DNA of 39,681 nucleotides from Catajapyx aquilonaris (GCA_000934665.2 KZ538929.1:1-39681); one strand, 5' to 3'; positions 1-12,621 are shown, numbered from the stretch's first letter. Numbers and translations: made by a program. Notes: a model not told the origin generated them from the sequence alone.

Positions 1-328
1 ATTATTTCATTCACTTACTGCATTTTATGCAGTTTATGCAGTAAGTGAATAAAATAACGCACTGCTTATGTTCCATTCACTTACTGCATAAACTGCGCGA
101 AATGAATAAAAATAACGTGAATATGCACTATATGAATAACATTATTCATATAGTGCATTTAATTACTTACTTAGTGAACATTGTCGCTGCATAAATTTAT
201 GCAGTTTTCAAAAGTGAATAAAATAATGCAAACCATTGACATTTCGTGCATAATTTCATGCGATAGATGCATATTCTGCTCCACATATTCACTTCGTGCA
301 TATTTTAATGCACTCCAGGTTTTCAGTG
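1..328. mobile_element. Right end of a probable non-autonomous DNA element with subterminal repeats, truncated by the window edge
   Basis: Reiterated direct and inverted motifs TTCACTTACTGCA / TGCAGTAAGTGAA, TTTATGCAGT and TGAATAAAA end abruptly at GGTTTTCAGTG (CACTGAAAA on the other strand). The left TIR is not visible. Confidence 0.5.
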
Positions 329-1370
329 TGTAGGTTCACTGGCTCCTGTGAAGACGACTGGAAGGATGTGAAAACTATAAGTGATAAAGAGTTGGGTTCA
401 CCATGGTTACACATTTGTTGTGCTCCAGGAAGACGTCAATATAGAGATGCTCTGAGTCATCCAGTAGAATTTGTTTTCAACTGCGTAGCTCATGCCTGTC
501 GCCTTTAGACGATGAAGTGACAAAAGAGCTATTTTTGCTCTTTTATGCACATTCGAATGATATATGGTTCGAAAAGCAATGGAAGTAATTTGTTATACAT
601 AGTATAAAAATAGACGATGTTTTTAATTTGTGTTTGCTTGAATAAGCGTTTGAAATTATGGCGTGTGATGGAATGAAATCATTTCAGTCAGAAGTCACTG
701 TCCATTTTGGATTCAAATACGCGCTTCCATTTTAAGCGGTTATGTAATGTCGACAATTCTACTAATTTGATGTTTACGTTTAAAAGACAATAATTGGAAC
801 TAATCCTGGCACACTTGAGTAGACGTACTGTACATCTCTTTTTGCCAGATAAAAGGTTCCTCCCTATATACGCAGTTCCAGAATTCTATAAGGTATTTAT
901 GACGATTTCGCAAGATATCTTCACACAAAGCCGGAGAATGACGTAAGGCAAGGAAAGAGCAGTTATAGGGCTGATTTAGGATGAAATTAGCTGTACCTCA
1001 TTTGATGTATTATTGGCGTCGCATCCTGCCGGCCCACAGCCATCTATCTGAGCCATTGAGCTTAAGACTGTGGTCCGCAGTGCTGTATAACTTTCTGACT
1101 GAGATCAAAGACTGTAGGCATCGCAACTCACCTAATCCCACCACAAGTAAACCTTTGGTAGACTTAGCATTAGGGACCTTAATTGGAATGGCTAAGTTCT
1201 ACAGCATTTCCTAGAAAATCCCTGCTCTATGATGTAAGCGCTCAAGTTAGCTACTACCTACACGGTATCGCTTTTGAACTACATGAATTTTACGTGTACA
1301 AAACATGTGAACTAGAAGTACTGTAGTTAGGTTGAGTTTCCTGCAAAGAAATGTTACATTAATAATAATT

Positions 1371-1646
1371 ACCGAAGCAGTGGTGACGTAGGGGATATGG
1401 TATCCGACTGCTAATCGGGAGGTCCTGGGTTCGAATCCCGGTGCCTGCAACTCTAGCCGTGGTTTTCTGTGGTTTCCCACGGTTCCTCCAGGAGAATTTA
1501 GGAGTTGTTTCCCAAACTATTAGGCCACAGCCGCCTCCTTCCTTTCCTATCCTATCCCAAAAAGCGCAGTAAAAATGAAACGAAGAGTTCCAGTCAAAAC
1601 AAAAAATATCCCCCCTAAAGAGCCGCCGGCTGATAACGGGGTATGA

Positions 1647-1724
<78 letters not shown>
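1371..1724 (+). mobile_element. tRNA-derived SINE with (ATT)26 tail
   Basis: A-box-like TGACGTAGGGG (1384-1394), anticodon-like stem-loop TCCGA-CTGCTAA-TCGGG, B box GGTTCGAATCC (1428-1438), body GTGGTTTTCTGTGGTTTCCC, and (ATT)n tail at 1647-1724. No clear TSD. Confidence 0.85.
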
Positions 1725-3073
1725 GATAATTTTTAAAATGTTGATTATAGTGATGATGAGTACAAATATATTACTGGTGCTGGGATAATTACTGTTGATA
1801 TTTTTTGCTGATATTTTGTATGAAATTGTAAGTAGAATATCTGAACCCTGGATTTTATTAGAGGGCACCAGATTTTCCACTTAGTGTGATGATTAGAATG
1901 ACCTAGAAACACAGCAACAGCAGTTCATCTGTGGTTGATCTGTATCCGCCTAGAGGAATTTTCACTTATTCCGCATGAATATACGCCATTGTCGGTCACT
2001 GTTTCTGGTAATTGAAACTGAAATTAAATAAGAATACTTGCGGTACAAAGGGAATTTGAACTATTTTCAAGCATGGAAACTGGAAGAGGATTTTGCGTTG
2101 ACTTATAGCGTAAATTGTGATTAAAATTACATTCCGAGCTGATATATTAAACTTCAAATGTAAACTATTGCAAGATTATTGTGTGTAAAAAATGCTTCTA
2201 TATAATACTGGCGATATAGGCCTTTGTTCCTCGAAGCTCTATCCTATATAAGACTACACTTCCAAAAAACTTTATCAGAAAGTTTAACCAGTATTGCGAG
2301 AACTGTTTCAACTCGCCACCTTTAGTATACGTTACTGTTAAATCGAATAACATTACAGTGCGTAGGAGACGAATTTTCGAGCGAAATTCCCAGCCTATAA
2401 CTCTATTGCCCTGAGGGATTCCTGCTGCCGAGGGAACAACTTTACTGACGTGCTGAAGATGAACGCATTGCTTGAGAAAGAAGGGCAGGGAGATTGGGGG
2501 CAGGGGGGGGGGGGTACATGTTCCTTCGGAATTTTCAGCATTTCCTCTCTATAATAGCAAAGTGAGGCTGACGGTCTATTCAAACGGAAGGAAAAGCTTG
2601 TCTTTCCATCTTATACATGATCAAACACATGTAAATATCCTATGGTGGTTTCCTTCAAAGTTGATTAAATCTGTTGCTGCATGGTGCATGATGTAGCCAA
2701 CCTGCACTGCAAAGCTTAGATCAACAATAACTGCGTGCGTAATAGTTAGCAAGGTGCGTAGGTAGGAGTTATTTCCGCATGAAATTTTTTCTCAGATCAG
2801 GCACTTACCTTGTAGATGCACGCTCCCATTCCAAATATAACATGGACAACATCCTGTCAAATGAATATTGGGCGATATAATAAAAAATCCAGCCGCATCC
2901 CAACTACATTTAGTAAATTGTGGCAAACTGAGTGAACGGCCAATGACCCACCTTCCTGGTTCAGGTCTTCCAGGATTCACCTGACCCTTGATGCCCACTC
3001 CGGAAGTTACACCAGAGGCCCTTCCTCCACCAACGTATTGTGTCCTCAGCAACATATTGCAGAAGGTGACTGA

Positions 3074-3112
3074 TTTTTGTTTGTTTGTTTTAAATACCCC
3101 GTGCTAGGGCCT
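3074..3112 (-). mobile_element. 39-bp 5'-truncated retroposon 3' end with 12-bp TSD
   Basis: Direct repeat GAAGGTGACTGA at 3062-3073 and 3113-3124 flanks the minus-strand sequence AGGCCCTAGCACGGGGTATTTAAAACAAACAAACAAAAA. Confidence 0.75.
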
Positions 3113-5586
3113 GAAGGTGACTGAATTCAGTTCACATGAGGGTAATATTTACGAAATGTCGAATAACTCGACACTTCCATTGCCACATACTCTAGATAAG
3201 AAGCCAAGCATATGACGAAACCGAATGGTACAGTACAAAGGAAAAACGACACTTCTTACAACTGATATTGAACTGGGTGGCTGTACAGGTGTGTATGGGT
3301 GAGAAATATCAAAAGCAGACTGAACTGCGTGGCATTGTGAGAAATGTAAGTTGGAATCCCAAGTGATGCGAAATTATTGTCATCGCTATCTTCCTGGAAG
3401 CCCCAGAACAGCACCTCTGAGCTAAATTTAGGACCCATTTTCCCACCTGGCGAGATGCTGGAGATTGAGGCTGGAAGGGGAGGTGTGCTGTGGGGTAGGG
3501 GAGAGGGCCAGAAGGGGGAAGCTCCATTGATTGATGAAGGAATTGGAGTCTGGAAATGTCCCAAAGCCATTCGTCCACCAAAAGAGCATCTATGAAAAAA
3601 AAATCACAATACAAAAACATATGTGCACAACAAATGACATGCACGCTGATACGTGAAGGGTTGAAGAGCATCCGTTTTTTAGTATGTGTTTGAGGTGGTC
3701 TACCTAGTAGTAAGGAGAATTTGGGTGAGAGGAGAGGAGGACCAATCAATACTTGTACAGCAGGTAAAAAAAAACGAGACTCTTTTGCATGGGCGGAAAT
3801 TTTCAATTCGGCCCACTTCACAAGCCTCATTTCCGGAAGCGGTGCAAATACTTTGCCAGACATTTACAGCATAGTCCCTATATGCCTCTGCTGGAATGGA
3901 AATCGGTTTGTAAACACCCAGAATAAAATGCCAAGGGTGGAGCAAAACTGGTGCACATGAGAGGCGACAAAGAAAGGTTCATGTTGCTAATATGCGGTTT
4001 TAGATAAAGGATTAAAAAATAGTTTGTCCGTATGTGTTTGTAACATACTGAAGTCCTACAAAAAAAAGTCGAATTTGAACATTGCAATAAGAGCAAGGCC
4101 ACTAGAAGAAAAACGCAATGCGAAGATTAGTATTTTCCTGTAGGAAGAGAGCATATCATTATCTTCACTGGTTGGGAAAAATTTTGTCGGCCCATTTTAT
4201 ATAGTATGTTCTTGACAAGAGAAAACTTATAAGCACAAAGTGAATAATTATTATGGGTTGGTATTTAAGACCTTTCCACTGATGACGATATATGACGAAA
4301 TATCAAAAACGGGACGAAATGTCTCTTTTTTACGATATCATCATTATGTTGCTGGCTGCCTATATAGGCTATACGTTGTTGAAGATGTCTCTTTATGCAA
4401 TGATCGGCGTTTCATCCTATTGGTTTCATCTGCATGGAAATTCCTACTCAGATAAATCTTTCGGTTTCAGGCAACGGTTTGATCTATCGAACAATTTGAC
4501 GTCTTTACAAAGTGACACAGTCATGTGTTATCTGAGGTATGGAGACAACCTGACACTTCTATCACTGTGCAAACTGATGTCACACAGACTTATTGATCGA
4601 AAACATATGGCCGGAAATTTGTCTCAGCTAAAGAGCGTCATTTCCACAACTAAACTTTAGTCATATAGAAGCTTAGAGAGGAAGTTAGTCATGCCAACCT
4701 CCCACTTTGAAGCTGTGATATTTTTATAATGATTTCAGCCCAGGGGCATGAAAAACGTCTGGCAGAATTTACATTTTCCTTGGCTAATGTTTCCGGTGGC
4801 CAGTATACCAACATGACCCGTGACACACCGAGTTAAATTAGGACAGTCCTTTGAAGTCAAGCGGATGTCTCAGTTTGATTTCCTATTTACTCCTGAAATG
4901 CCATCTTTTGATAAAATTGGTATGCTTGTAATAGCCATCTCTGACAAACTTTTCAGATTGATGAATTTTTAGCGTGTGTTAAGGTTGCGACAAAATTAGT
5001 ATATTCTGTCGTGCATATATATGTCTAATTATATGCTTAAAGCTGAAAAGGAAGTAATAGAAAGATAATGTTTTTGAGCCAATTAATCATCTTACGTTCA
5101 AAATCTTAGATGGATTATTTAAGGTACATCCACCGTCTCCAAAGACGTCACGGGATTGCAAAGCCATTGACCTGGACCATCTCTCATCCTTTCCAACAGT
5201 ACTCACACGTCTATCAAGAAGTTGGATTTAGGAGATAAAGTGATGGAAGGACCATCAGGCCAGTGACTTTTGTAACTCATGACGTAGAAGGTACTGAGAG
5301 AGTACATTCACTCACAGTCAGAATAATCAATCATGCTCGTTTCTGAACCAGGAGACGCATATGCAGTGTAATATCGATTGTAGTATTCTAGTTTTGTCGA
5401 GGACTGCAGTACTGCCGTGAAATCTTGAGTAGCGCAGCTGGGACAACTGAGGGTCCTGCAGGCATAAGCCTCGATCCAAGTCTGTGAAAAATGATTCTGA
5501 GGAGGGTAGGAAACCTGTCCTGTAAGGCCCATATGTTCACAAAGCAAAATACCAATTTCAGAGCCCATGTTCAGGAACAAGCTAAG

Positions 5587-5876
5587 GCGAGAATTTTCGC
5601 CTTAGGAGATGGCATTTTCTACACTTTAATAGTACAGATGTGGCCCTGCTGTTTCGTTTTGGTCAAACTCTGACGTCACTCGCCTGACAATTTTTGTGTG
5701 AATTCTTTCATTTGGATTATTGGATGGTGAGAATTCTCACCAGAAATTGTCCGGCGAATGACGTCAGAGTTTTCTCTCTGCTGTAACGAAAATGAAACAG
5801 CATGCATCCAGAGCAGGCTGCCTCTATATGCTATGAAAGCATAGAAAAGGCCATGTACTGAGGCGGAAATTCTCGC
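5587..5876. mobile_element. Decayed foldback element; true ends uncertain
   Basis: Outer arms GCGAGAATTTTCGCCTTAGGAGATGGCATTTTCTA / TAGAAAAGGCCATGTACTGAGGCGGAAATTCTCGC. Inner arms AAACTCTGACGTCACTCGCCTGACAATTT (from 5665) with the inverse ending at 5772. Confidence 0.72.
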
Positions 5877-6543
5877 TACGTCACAGCCCTGAGCGAAACA
5901 ATTGGGCGGGATCAAACTCACCTGTGAAAATTTTCACTGCAATGCAGCATCAGGCCCCTGCTGATGTGACATACGTACGTCGCAATAACTGAAGCATTTA
6001 TAATTGCAGGAAAAAGGAAATGAACGGCTCAATAGAATTATTAGGACCTATATCCAGCAAGCTGTGGCAAAAGCATGATGCATATTTTTTTGAGAATAAA
6101 AGCAAAATATATTTTCTAATACCACGTACTCGACATAAGGAAGAAATGGCTACCTTAAAAATAAATGGTACATTTATGTCGTCGAAGCCATAATTGTAGG
6201 CTATATTTTAATTTCAAATTGTGACATTCAATTTCTATCATACGTCGAGTACAGTACGTAGAAATATATTTTCAATACACTGAACTTATATAGGTCAACA
6301 GAACATAATTTAATTTTATCTAGTTAGTCTGATCATTTTATGATGATACAGGACACAAGGTCGGGCCTGAAAATGTTAAGATGTTAATACAAGACAAAAT
6401 ATTGTGACATTTTTTATTTCCTTATTATCAACATACAAGTGTATTTTGAATATTATTATCCTCAACACTGCCTATGATTGAGTGGCTCGCTGAACAGTAT
6501 GAAAAATTAAGAGAGCGGTAAATAGTTGCTTACGAAAATCACG

Positions 6544-6651
6544 GGTGGAAATTTCGTCCAACTGATAGTTACTGCTAACTTAGCAGTACCAGTGTTGGCC
6601 ATGGTACTCCATGGTTAGCAGTAACTATAGCAGTGGGACGAAAATTCCACC
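6544..6651. mobile_element. 108-bp decayed hairpin MITE
   Basis: Inverted pairs GGTGGAAATTTCGTCC / GGACGAAAATTCCACC and ATAGTTACTGCTAAC / GTTAGCAGTAACTAT. Confidence 0.7.
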
Positions 6652-6747
6652 TCACGTCTTTTACTGACGCCTGCCACTTTTGGAATATGACCCACTTTTA
6701 AAATTTATGTAGTAGGCACGCATGCGTATCACACATTCATTCCAACC

Positions 6748-7107
6748 CACCCCCCAGTCACTCCCTATACCAGTACATTGCTACCCCCGTGAGCTTAGCT
6801 GATCTCCCCCACCGAGGGGGATTAGCCACGCTCGGCGCTAGAATCACTTACGGACCTAGCGGGGCAATTCTGAACCATTTGGGTCGACTCCGATTGAATG
6901 GAGTCTGAAGGGCCTCATGTGGAGCGCCATGTTGCAGCCCAAGGAGGCCAGCCAATCGGAGTCGACCATAATGGTCAGAATTGCCCCGCTAGGTAAGGCG
7001 CCACCATTTCGGTAAGTGATTCTAGCGCCGACTGTGGCTAATCCCCCTCGGTAGGGGAGATCAGCTAAGCTCACGGGCTCAAAAGAGGTAGAGTGACTGG
7101 GTGGGTG
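6748..7107. mobile_element. 360-bp palindromic MITE with 8-bp TSD (hAT/P-type TSD length)
   Basis: Terminal IR CACCC(A)CCCAGTCACTC, inner inverted arms ~6786-6896 and ~6953-7077, and direct repeat TTCCAACC at 6740-6747 and 7108-7115. Confidence 0.88.
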
Positions 7108-8779
7108 TTCCAACCAAGGTTCCAACCTAAGCCAGATGTCACTACCAATTCCCACATTCCGGTATACTTTTATGACAATCTTTCCAACTCATTCCTCATA
7201 TTATCCAGTTCAAAAAATAAATCATGTAGCTCTTTGTTCAAGTACCAGTACCACAAAACTGGGATGTTTTGCACTGGTATAACTTGGTTAGTGTTGCTAT
7301 TGAAATTAAATCATGGCTAGGCAGATTTGCACAAAACCACCAAGTCATTAAGAGTCGGCGGGCAAGAAGAAATTAGCAGTGCAAAAATATATAGGCCCAT
7401 CTATAAAAATCACTCACCTTTTTCTTTGAAAAGTATATTACATTTCCCATACGGGAGACATGACACTAAGTTGTTTGTTGACTGTCGTACTTCCTTCATG
7501 TAATTACGTTGGTTGCGGAAAGACTAGTGTGCGCCAGTGCTAAAGAAGCTGAAGATCTGCGATAGCCTTTTGTTTATTAAGAAATCGCTTTAAGAAATCC
7601 GAAAGCGCCATTCAAGTTTCTAATATGTAATGGTGCTCATCTGACTTCTCATGTTATTTTTCTCTTGTTATCAAGATAATAGTTAAGAGAATGTATCATT
7701 CAAAAATATTGGTCAAACAGACCAAGCTTTATAGCAGAGAGCCACTCAATATTTAATGTGGGTTGTTTTGGGGAATTGTGGGAGGGGTAATAAAACGAAT
7801 ACACACACACATATTGACAGGGCTGTAGTCTTGATGCGTGTAGGAACATAAGGGTGTAGAGGTAATTATCTGTTTGGTACCACAATATCAATTGACTCAA
7901 TATCTTACTTTAACTGATCTTATTGTCCAAATACAACATAGAGATATACAAAACTCTGCCGTTACGACACAGCAAGCATAAGTGCCGTTTTTAGAAGAAT
8001 CGGGTTAGGTGTGCATTTGCTATGAGATACTTATTATTATTTAGTCCAAATTACGCACCGGATGCAAAACATTCAAAAGAACTTTGCATTTCTGGAAGAA
8101 AGATGTTAAAGAGCTGTTGATTTTTCTTCCCGTTTTGCAAAGTTCAGGAAATGGCATTTACCCTTCTGAGCTCTGACGCTAAGTATATGACGTTAGCGTG
8201 CTGTTGGTTCTGTACGACATTATAAACGGCTAAAGAAGAATACGACAAATTCTGTTCATGCAAGTAGTATATATGTACGTTTTTTTGGCAACAAAATACT
8301 TATGTCAACACATGGGGGAGGAACACAATTGAGATACGGTACCACAATAGAACTACAACAATATTTAAAATTAAAGTCCATTGAAAAAGGAAAGAATTAT
8401 CTAAAAATGATCATTCTATTGGTTAATTTGAAATCAAAGGATCTATTCAGAGATCTGATGTTCACCACACTTGTGTAATTGGTACTGTGGGTAAATAGAC
8501 AAGTATTTTTTTTATAAAGGGGCGGTTGGAATGATGATTCCACTGAGACTCATCTAATGACATTCCAAGAGGAAAACGTGGCAGCTTCTATAGGCCATGT
8601 CGTAGAAGCCAATTCCAACCACGCTCTCTTTTTGTCATTGTGCTAATCTCGGCGAGAATGGTCTGGAGACGGCATAGTACCTGACTACAGGTTTCCGACA
8701 AGACATTCTTGGAGAAACAAGACTTATCAAGCCATCTGTCCAGCATATCAAGAGAGGTCGGGGTCTAACGAGTGGGAAT

Positions 8780-9487
8780 TTAGGACAGGAGACAGGAGTT
8801 TCTCTTGGCCGAAGAAGACGGCAAAGAAGAAGCTGATGAGGACGAGGAATGCCTGTCTCGCAACATACGAAGATGCATCAGCTGAGCGGCTGTTGGCTGT
8901 ATCGGTGGAGGACTCGGCTGCAATTGGCGCCCCCCTGCTGATGGTGGAGGACCCACATGTGGCAAGGACTGACGTCGGCGTCTCAAAGCCGGGCTTAGGT
9001 TGTAACGCACCTTGGCCTTCTCCAACAGAGCTTGGAAAACGCGCAAGACAGCCCGGTTGTCTCGGGCGCTGCATTCCACAAAGGCGCCATCCCACTGGCC
9101 TACCACAATGGCCTCAGCGGTGGCCCGGGGTATGGCCTGCTCAGTGGTATCAGATTTGTTGGCCACGACAACCACCGGTGCGTCTGAACCCTTGGCCTCG
9201 ACAACCTCCTGGCGCAGAGCCTGGAGCTCTTCCCAGGAATTGGCGTCGTCAACAGAGTAGACCAGCAGGAAGGCATCGGCTGAGGAAATTGAGAGGGCGC
9301 GCATGGCAGGGAATTCGAAGGAACCGGCTGTGTCCAGGATGTCTAGGGTCAGGCAGGATCCTCCTAGATCGAACTCGCCGTGGTGCATCTCGTCTACTGT
9401 GCGGCGGTATTTGGTTGGGAAAGAGTCGTACAGGAACTGGTGTACTATGGCCGTCTTGCCCACGCGGGCAGCTCCCAAGACCACCAC
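8780..9487 (-). CDS. Terminal coding exon of a Ras-family small GTPase (Rhes/RASD/Di-Ras-like): G domain plus C-terminal CaaX
   Basis: Translation shows G1 GAARVGKT, G2 YRRTVDE, G3 DTAGSFEF, G4 NKSD, G5 CSAR, polybasic RRRRQS and terminal KRNSCLLS*. Preceded on the minus strand by CTGACTAA..cccttctaCAG (branch point-like motif plus acceptor; AG at 9489-9488), so the exon starts at VVVLG in phase 0. Confidence 0.95.
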   Translation of the reverse strand: MVVLGAARVGKTAIVHQFLYDSFPTKYRRTVDEMHHGEFDLGGSCLTLDILDTAGSFEFPAMRALSISSADAFLLVYSVDDANSWEELQALRQEVVEAKGSDAPVVVVANKSDTTEQAIPRATAEAIVVGQWDGAFVECSARDNRAVLRVFQALLEKAKVRYNLSPALRRRRQSLPHVGPPPSAGGRQLQPSPPPIQPTAAQLMHLRMLRDRHSSSSSASSLPSSSAKRNSCLLS

Positions 9488-12365
9488 CTGTAGAAGGGCC
9501 ATTTAGTCAGTCTCGTAGCTTACTTACCGTATTTGAAATCAAGTTACGTAGGTTCACAATTACAATAATTTTCATATTTTGAATGATGAAATATTTCCTT
9601 TGATGGGCGTTTTAAGGGACATAAAACATACAACTATCTGGTAGTTTTGTCAACTAGCATGCAATTTACATTACCTTCCACATTACAGGATTTCAATATG
9701 AAACATAGGGCTACTATGTAACTTGAACAAGCTAGCACTTGAAAGCGACCTAAACATATACCAATAATATGCACCTGAAAGGCATTCAAATGACAAAGAT
9801 GTGGGGCAGCACCGGAATATCGAATGAACTACTGTACTTTGTTCCCTGTGGAGTGTGCTTTGTTGAATGTACAGCGTACGCTCACAGTAATTACGTATAG
9901 ACCTGTTAAACTTCCGATTTGTTTCACGGCTTGTTTCACTGTTGGTTAACTTTAGGGGATTATACACAATACTAAGCAGCATTTCAAACCACACTGCTGT
10001 CAGACAAGGTAGGCCCTAGTTGTGGACCAAAATCGTACTCGGTCACTCCATTTTAAAGCCACATGTCATATTACTATTATATTAGGTAGGGTGTCCTTAA
10101 AGTTTTTATTGCTGTAAAGGCATCCGTGTGGACTACGGACCAAAACGTAAACCTATTCATTTTACAACTGATATCCAGAAAGAGTGACGCTACAGGTGCA
10201 CCGAATCGGTACCTTATAAATAACACTTGAATATTTGTGCTCGGGTATATTATACAGTACAGTACACCGAATAATGCATTTTGTACTCCGGCGTTCACAC
10301 GCATGTACGTGTAGGTCTAATATTACGAAATAATTCAATGCAGACATCAACCTGACGTGCTGTACGGGCACCCAAACCTTTTTGAATTGCTAACCATATC
10401 CGGAAGCTATGCACGTCCTGACCTGCCTGTCAAGATGGCTCCATGAATGATTTATCGGGTTTATGAAGCGCTTTGGTACAATCCCGAGGCAGTGTAGGAG
10501 CCCAGACGACGAGCAATGCTTGAAGAATGGTAATTTTATCGCCTCCTGCTGAGTGGGTCGTAAACGCTTGGCGGATTTTCAAATGGTAAAACGCCAACAT
10601 ATCGTATGAAGCCGTGAAAGACGTTAATGCACTGGATTCGTTTAGCTATGGGGAAATGAGTGTGTTAAAGACGAGCCCATTTTCTAATTACTTCACGTAG
10701 AATCTAATGACTCTGAAACGATTTTAGTAAGTGGAACATACGAGCATATTTTTGCATCTTAAAGAGTTATATGGCTATATATGATGTACTATTGATGTTT
10801 TTCAGAATCCCCGCCTACCGTAGTTATTTTAATTCGTTCCTTTAATTACAGTGAAAACATCATTTCGGCATTGAAGCGAGCGATAAATTACTGTGAATGT
10901 TTAAGCCAACTTCAAAGGAATAATTATGTCATCCTCGCGATCATCATCGTAAATGTCCCGGGTTAGAGAGTTGAGACCGACACGTTGAATGAAATAGCGG
11001 TATGCTGTATGTATAGAGTAGTGCTTTTAGCTGGTGGCAGATTCTGAGCAGTTTCACCTTGAAAGGGAGACGTAAGCGGATTTTAAAAAAATAACTACTA
11101 GTACTGTAAACGGAAAAAATCTGCACGTTCAGCTTATAAGCATATTCCGCATTGCAAAAATGGAATGATAGACCTTCCTTACAGTATGAATTACGTAATG
11201 GTCATATATTAGTTTTGAATGCAACTGAGACTGTATAATTATACTGTAACATACTTATAGTTGCATCAGATGATCTCTAGTGAGGGTGTGGTTGTTCCGT
11301 TACAGCTCCGTGATCTCTTTCTCTTACTGCAGTAGCCTATGTGAAAAATTTCATGGCCATCTGAGGAGGTCGGGTCCAAGGTGTTTCATTTTTCATGAAA
11401 TGCTCTACACTTCAAAGCTATTTTTTCAGCACTCTCCATCTCCGTCATCTCATATTAGTGCCTCAAAATAATAACTCATATGTACATTTTCTACGGGCAA
11501 CGGGGCAAGTTTTATGCACATTTAAAAAGAGGTGTTTGATTTTAAAATGTTAAAGAAACAAGTAATTATTTTAAACAACAATATTAATGCAATATCTTGC
11601 CATGGCTGATGAAGGGATATCCAACTAATTAATTTACAATCTCATAAATACATAACATTTTTGTGATGACTATAGATGCCACAATATTCGCTCTATTTTG
11701 GCGATGACATTATGCAATGTAATTATTCTCTACATTATTGCATTTAGTTGCATAATAAGGTTGATGTGAAAAAAACATTTGACAGTGGCAAAGCATATGC
11801 AAAGCTAATTAATAACTTATAATATGTATAGAGTAGGCCTACATCATCATTATTTTATGACACAATCCAATCACTATAGGCACACCACTGGAACCTTGCA
11901 GGTTTTCTCCACATAGAAATGTGGCCAGGAAAATAGCAAATTTGCAGGGTGTTCCAACTATTGAGGTCCTTTTAGTTAACGAAACTTTCGGCCAAAGTTG
12001 TTATTTTTGTGTAGCTCTTTGCTCCCTGATGGAGGTGCCCAACTCTATTCCCGGTCAGTTTTTCATATAGTGTATAGTCTAGCTCCTTTTTCACGTCATT
12101 GAACTTCCACAACCGCTGAACCAGTGATGCAAAGATGGGAGAAGTTCAGAATGAAGAGAATGATTGGCTGTGTGGGGCATATTAAAGAGCAGTGGAGCGA
12201 GTACGTGGCTTCTTTGTTGCCCTGAAATCATTTTTTCCAGTATCCTGCATGGTGACAGGATGGGTGGGTGTGGGGCAGGAGGAGGGATCGTAAAGTGGCA
12301 TTGTCAGCCCTGAGACCTGAACCAAACAGTAATTTATCCTATAGGTGTTCTAGGTCGATAGGCTA

Positions 12366-12621
12366 TAATTGAAGGGTGATCTGCAACAAGGTTGGAAGTG
12401 CCATCTGCCTCGTTTTTCACCTTCCTGGTGTTTCGAGTTCAGCGGGCCATTCTGCGCAGAATGGTACTAGTTTCACTTGCTAGATGAAACTGGAAGCGTT
12501 GTTTTGGGGCTGCTTTAGGGTTGTTCTGCAATAAGGTTATATGTGCCGATGGATCAAATAAAGCTCTCTCCTGAAAAGTTGGGTTTTGGCACTTCAAACG
12601 TTGCAGATCACCCTTCAATTA
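12366..12621. mobile_element. ~256-bp MITE with mariner-like TIRs
   Basis: TAATTGAAGGGTGATCTGCAAC..GAAGTGCCA is inverted as TGGCACTTC..GTTGCAGATCACCCTTCAATTA. Confidence 0.78.

Noticed and set aside
1375..1450. Functional tRNA-Ser(GCT)
   Set aside because: It has no long variable arm or proper acceptor stem and continues into a SINE body and tail.
1359..1880. 173-aa poly-Asn ORF; likewise the poly-Ile ORFs at 31988-32323
   Set aside because: These are artefacts of (ATT)n microsatellites and SINE sequence.
2792..3055. 87-aa minus-strand ORF containing an AAG|GTAAGT donor at 2808
   Set aside because: No recognisable homology or partner exon, so it cannot be supported without RNA data.
3256..3960. 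Cluster of overlapping ORFs up to 184 aa
   Set aside because: No recognisable domain or consistent splice structure.
9488..9502. ATG at 9502 as the GTPase start (intronless or retrogene model)
   Set aside because: It overlaps the acceptor tract, and splicing to 16091 restores the canonical YKVVVLG. Minor use cannot be excluded.
9488..9527. Strong donor-like ACG|GTAAGT at 9527, 40 nt upstream of the acceptor
   Set aside because: A 40-nt intron would be unusually short, and no convincing exon lies upstream of it.
8836..9582. 248-aa plus-strand ORF and other ORFs overlapping the GTPase exon
   Set aside because: These are antisense or alternative-frame shadows of a GC-rich coding exon, with low-complexity P/R/G composition and no recognisable domain.
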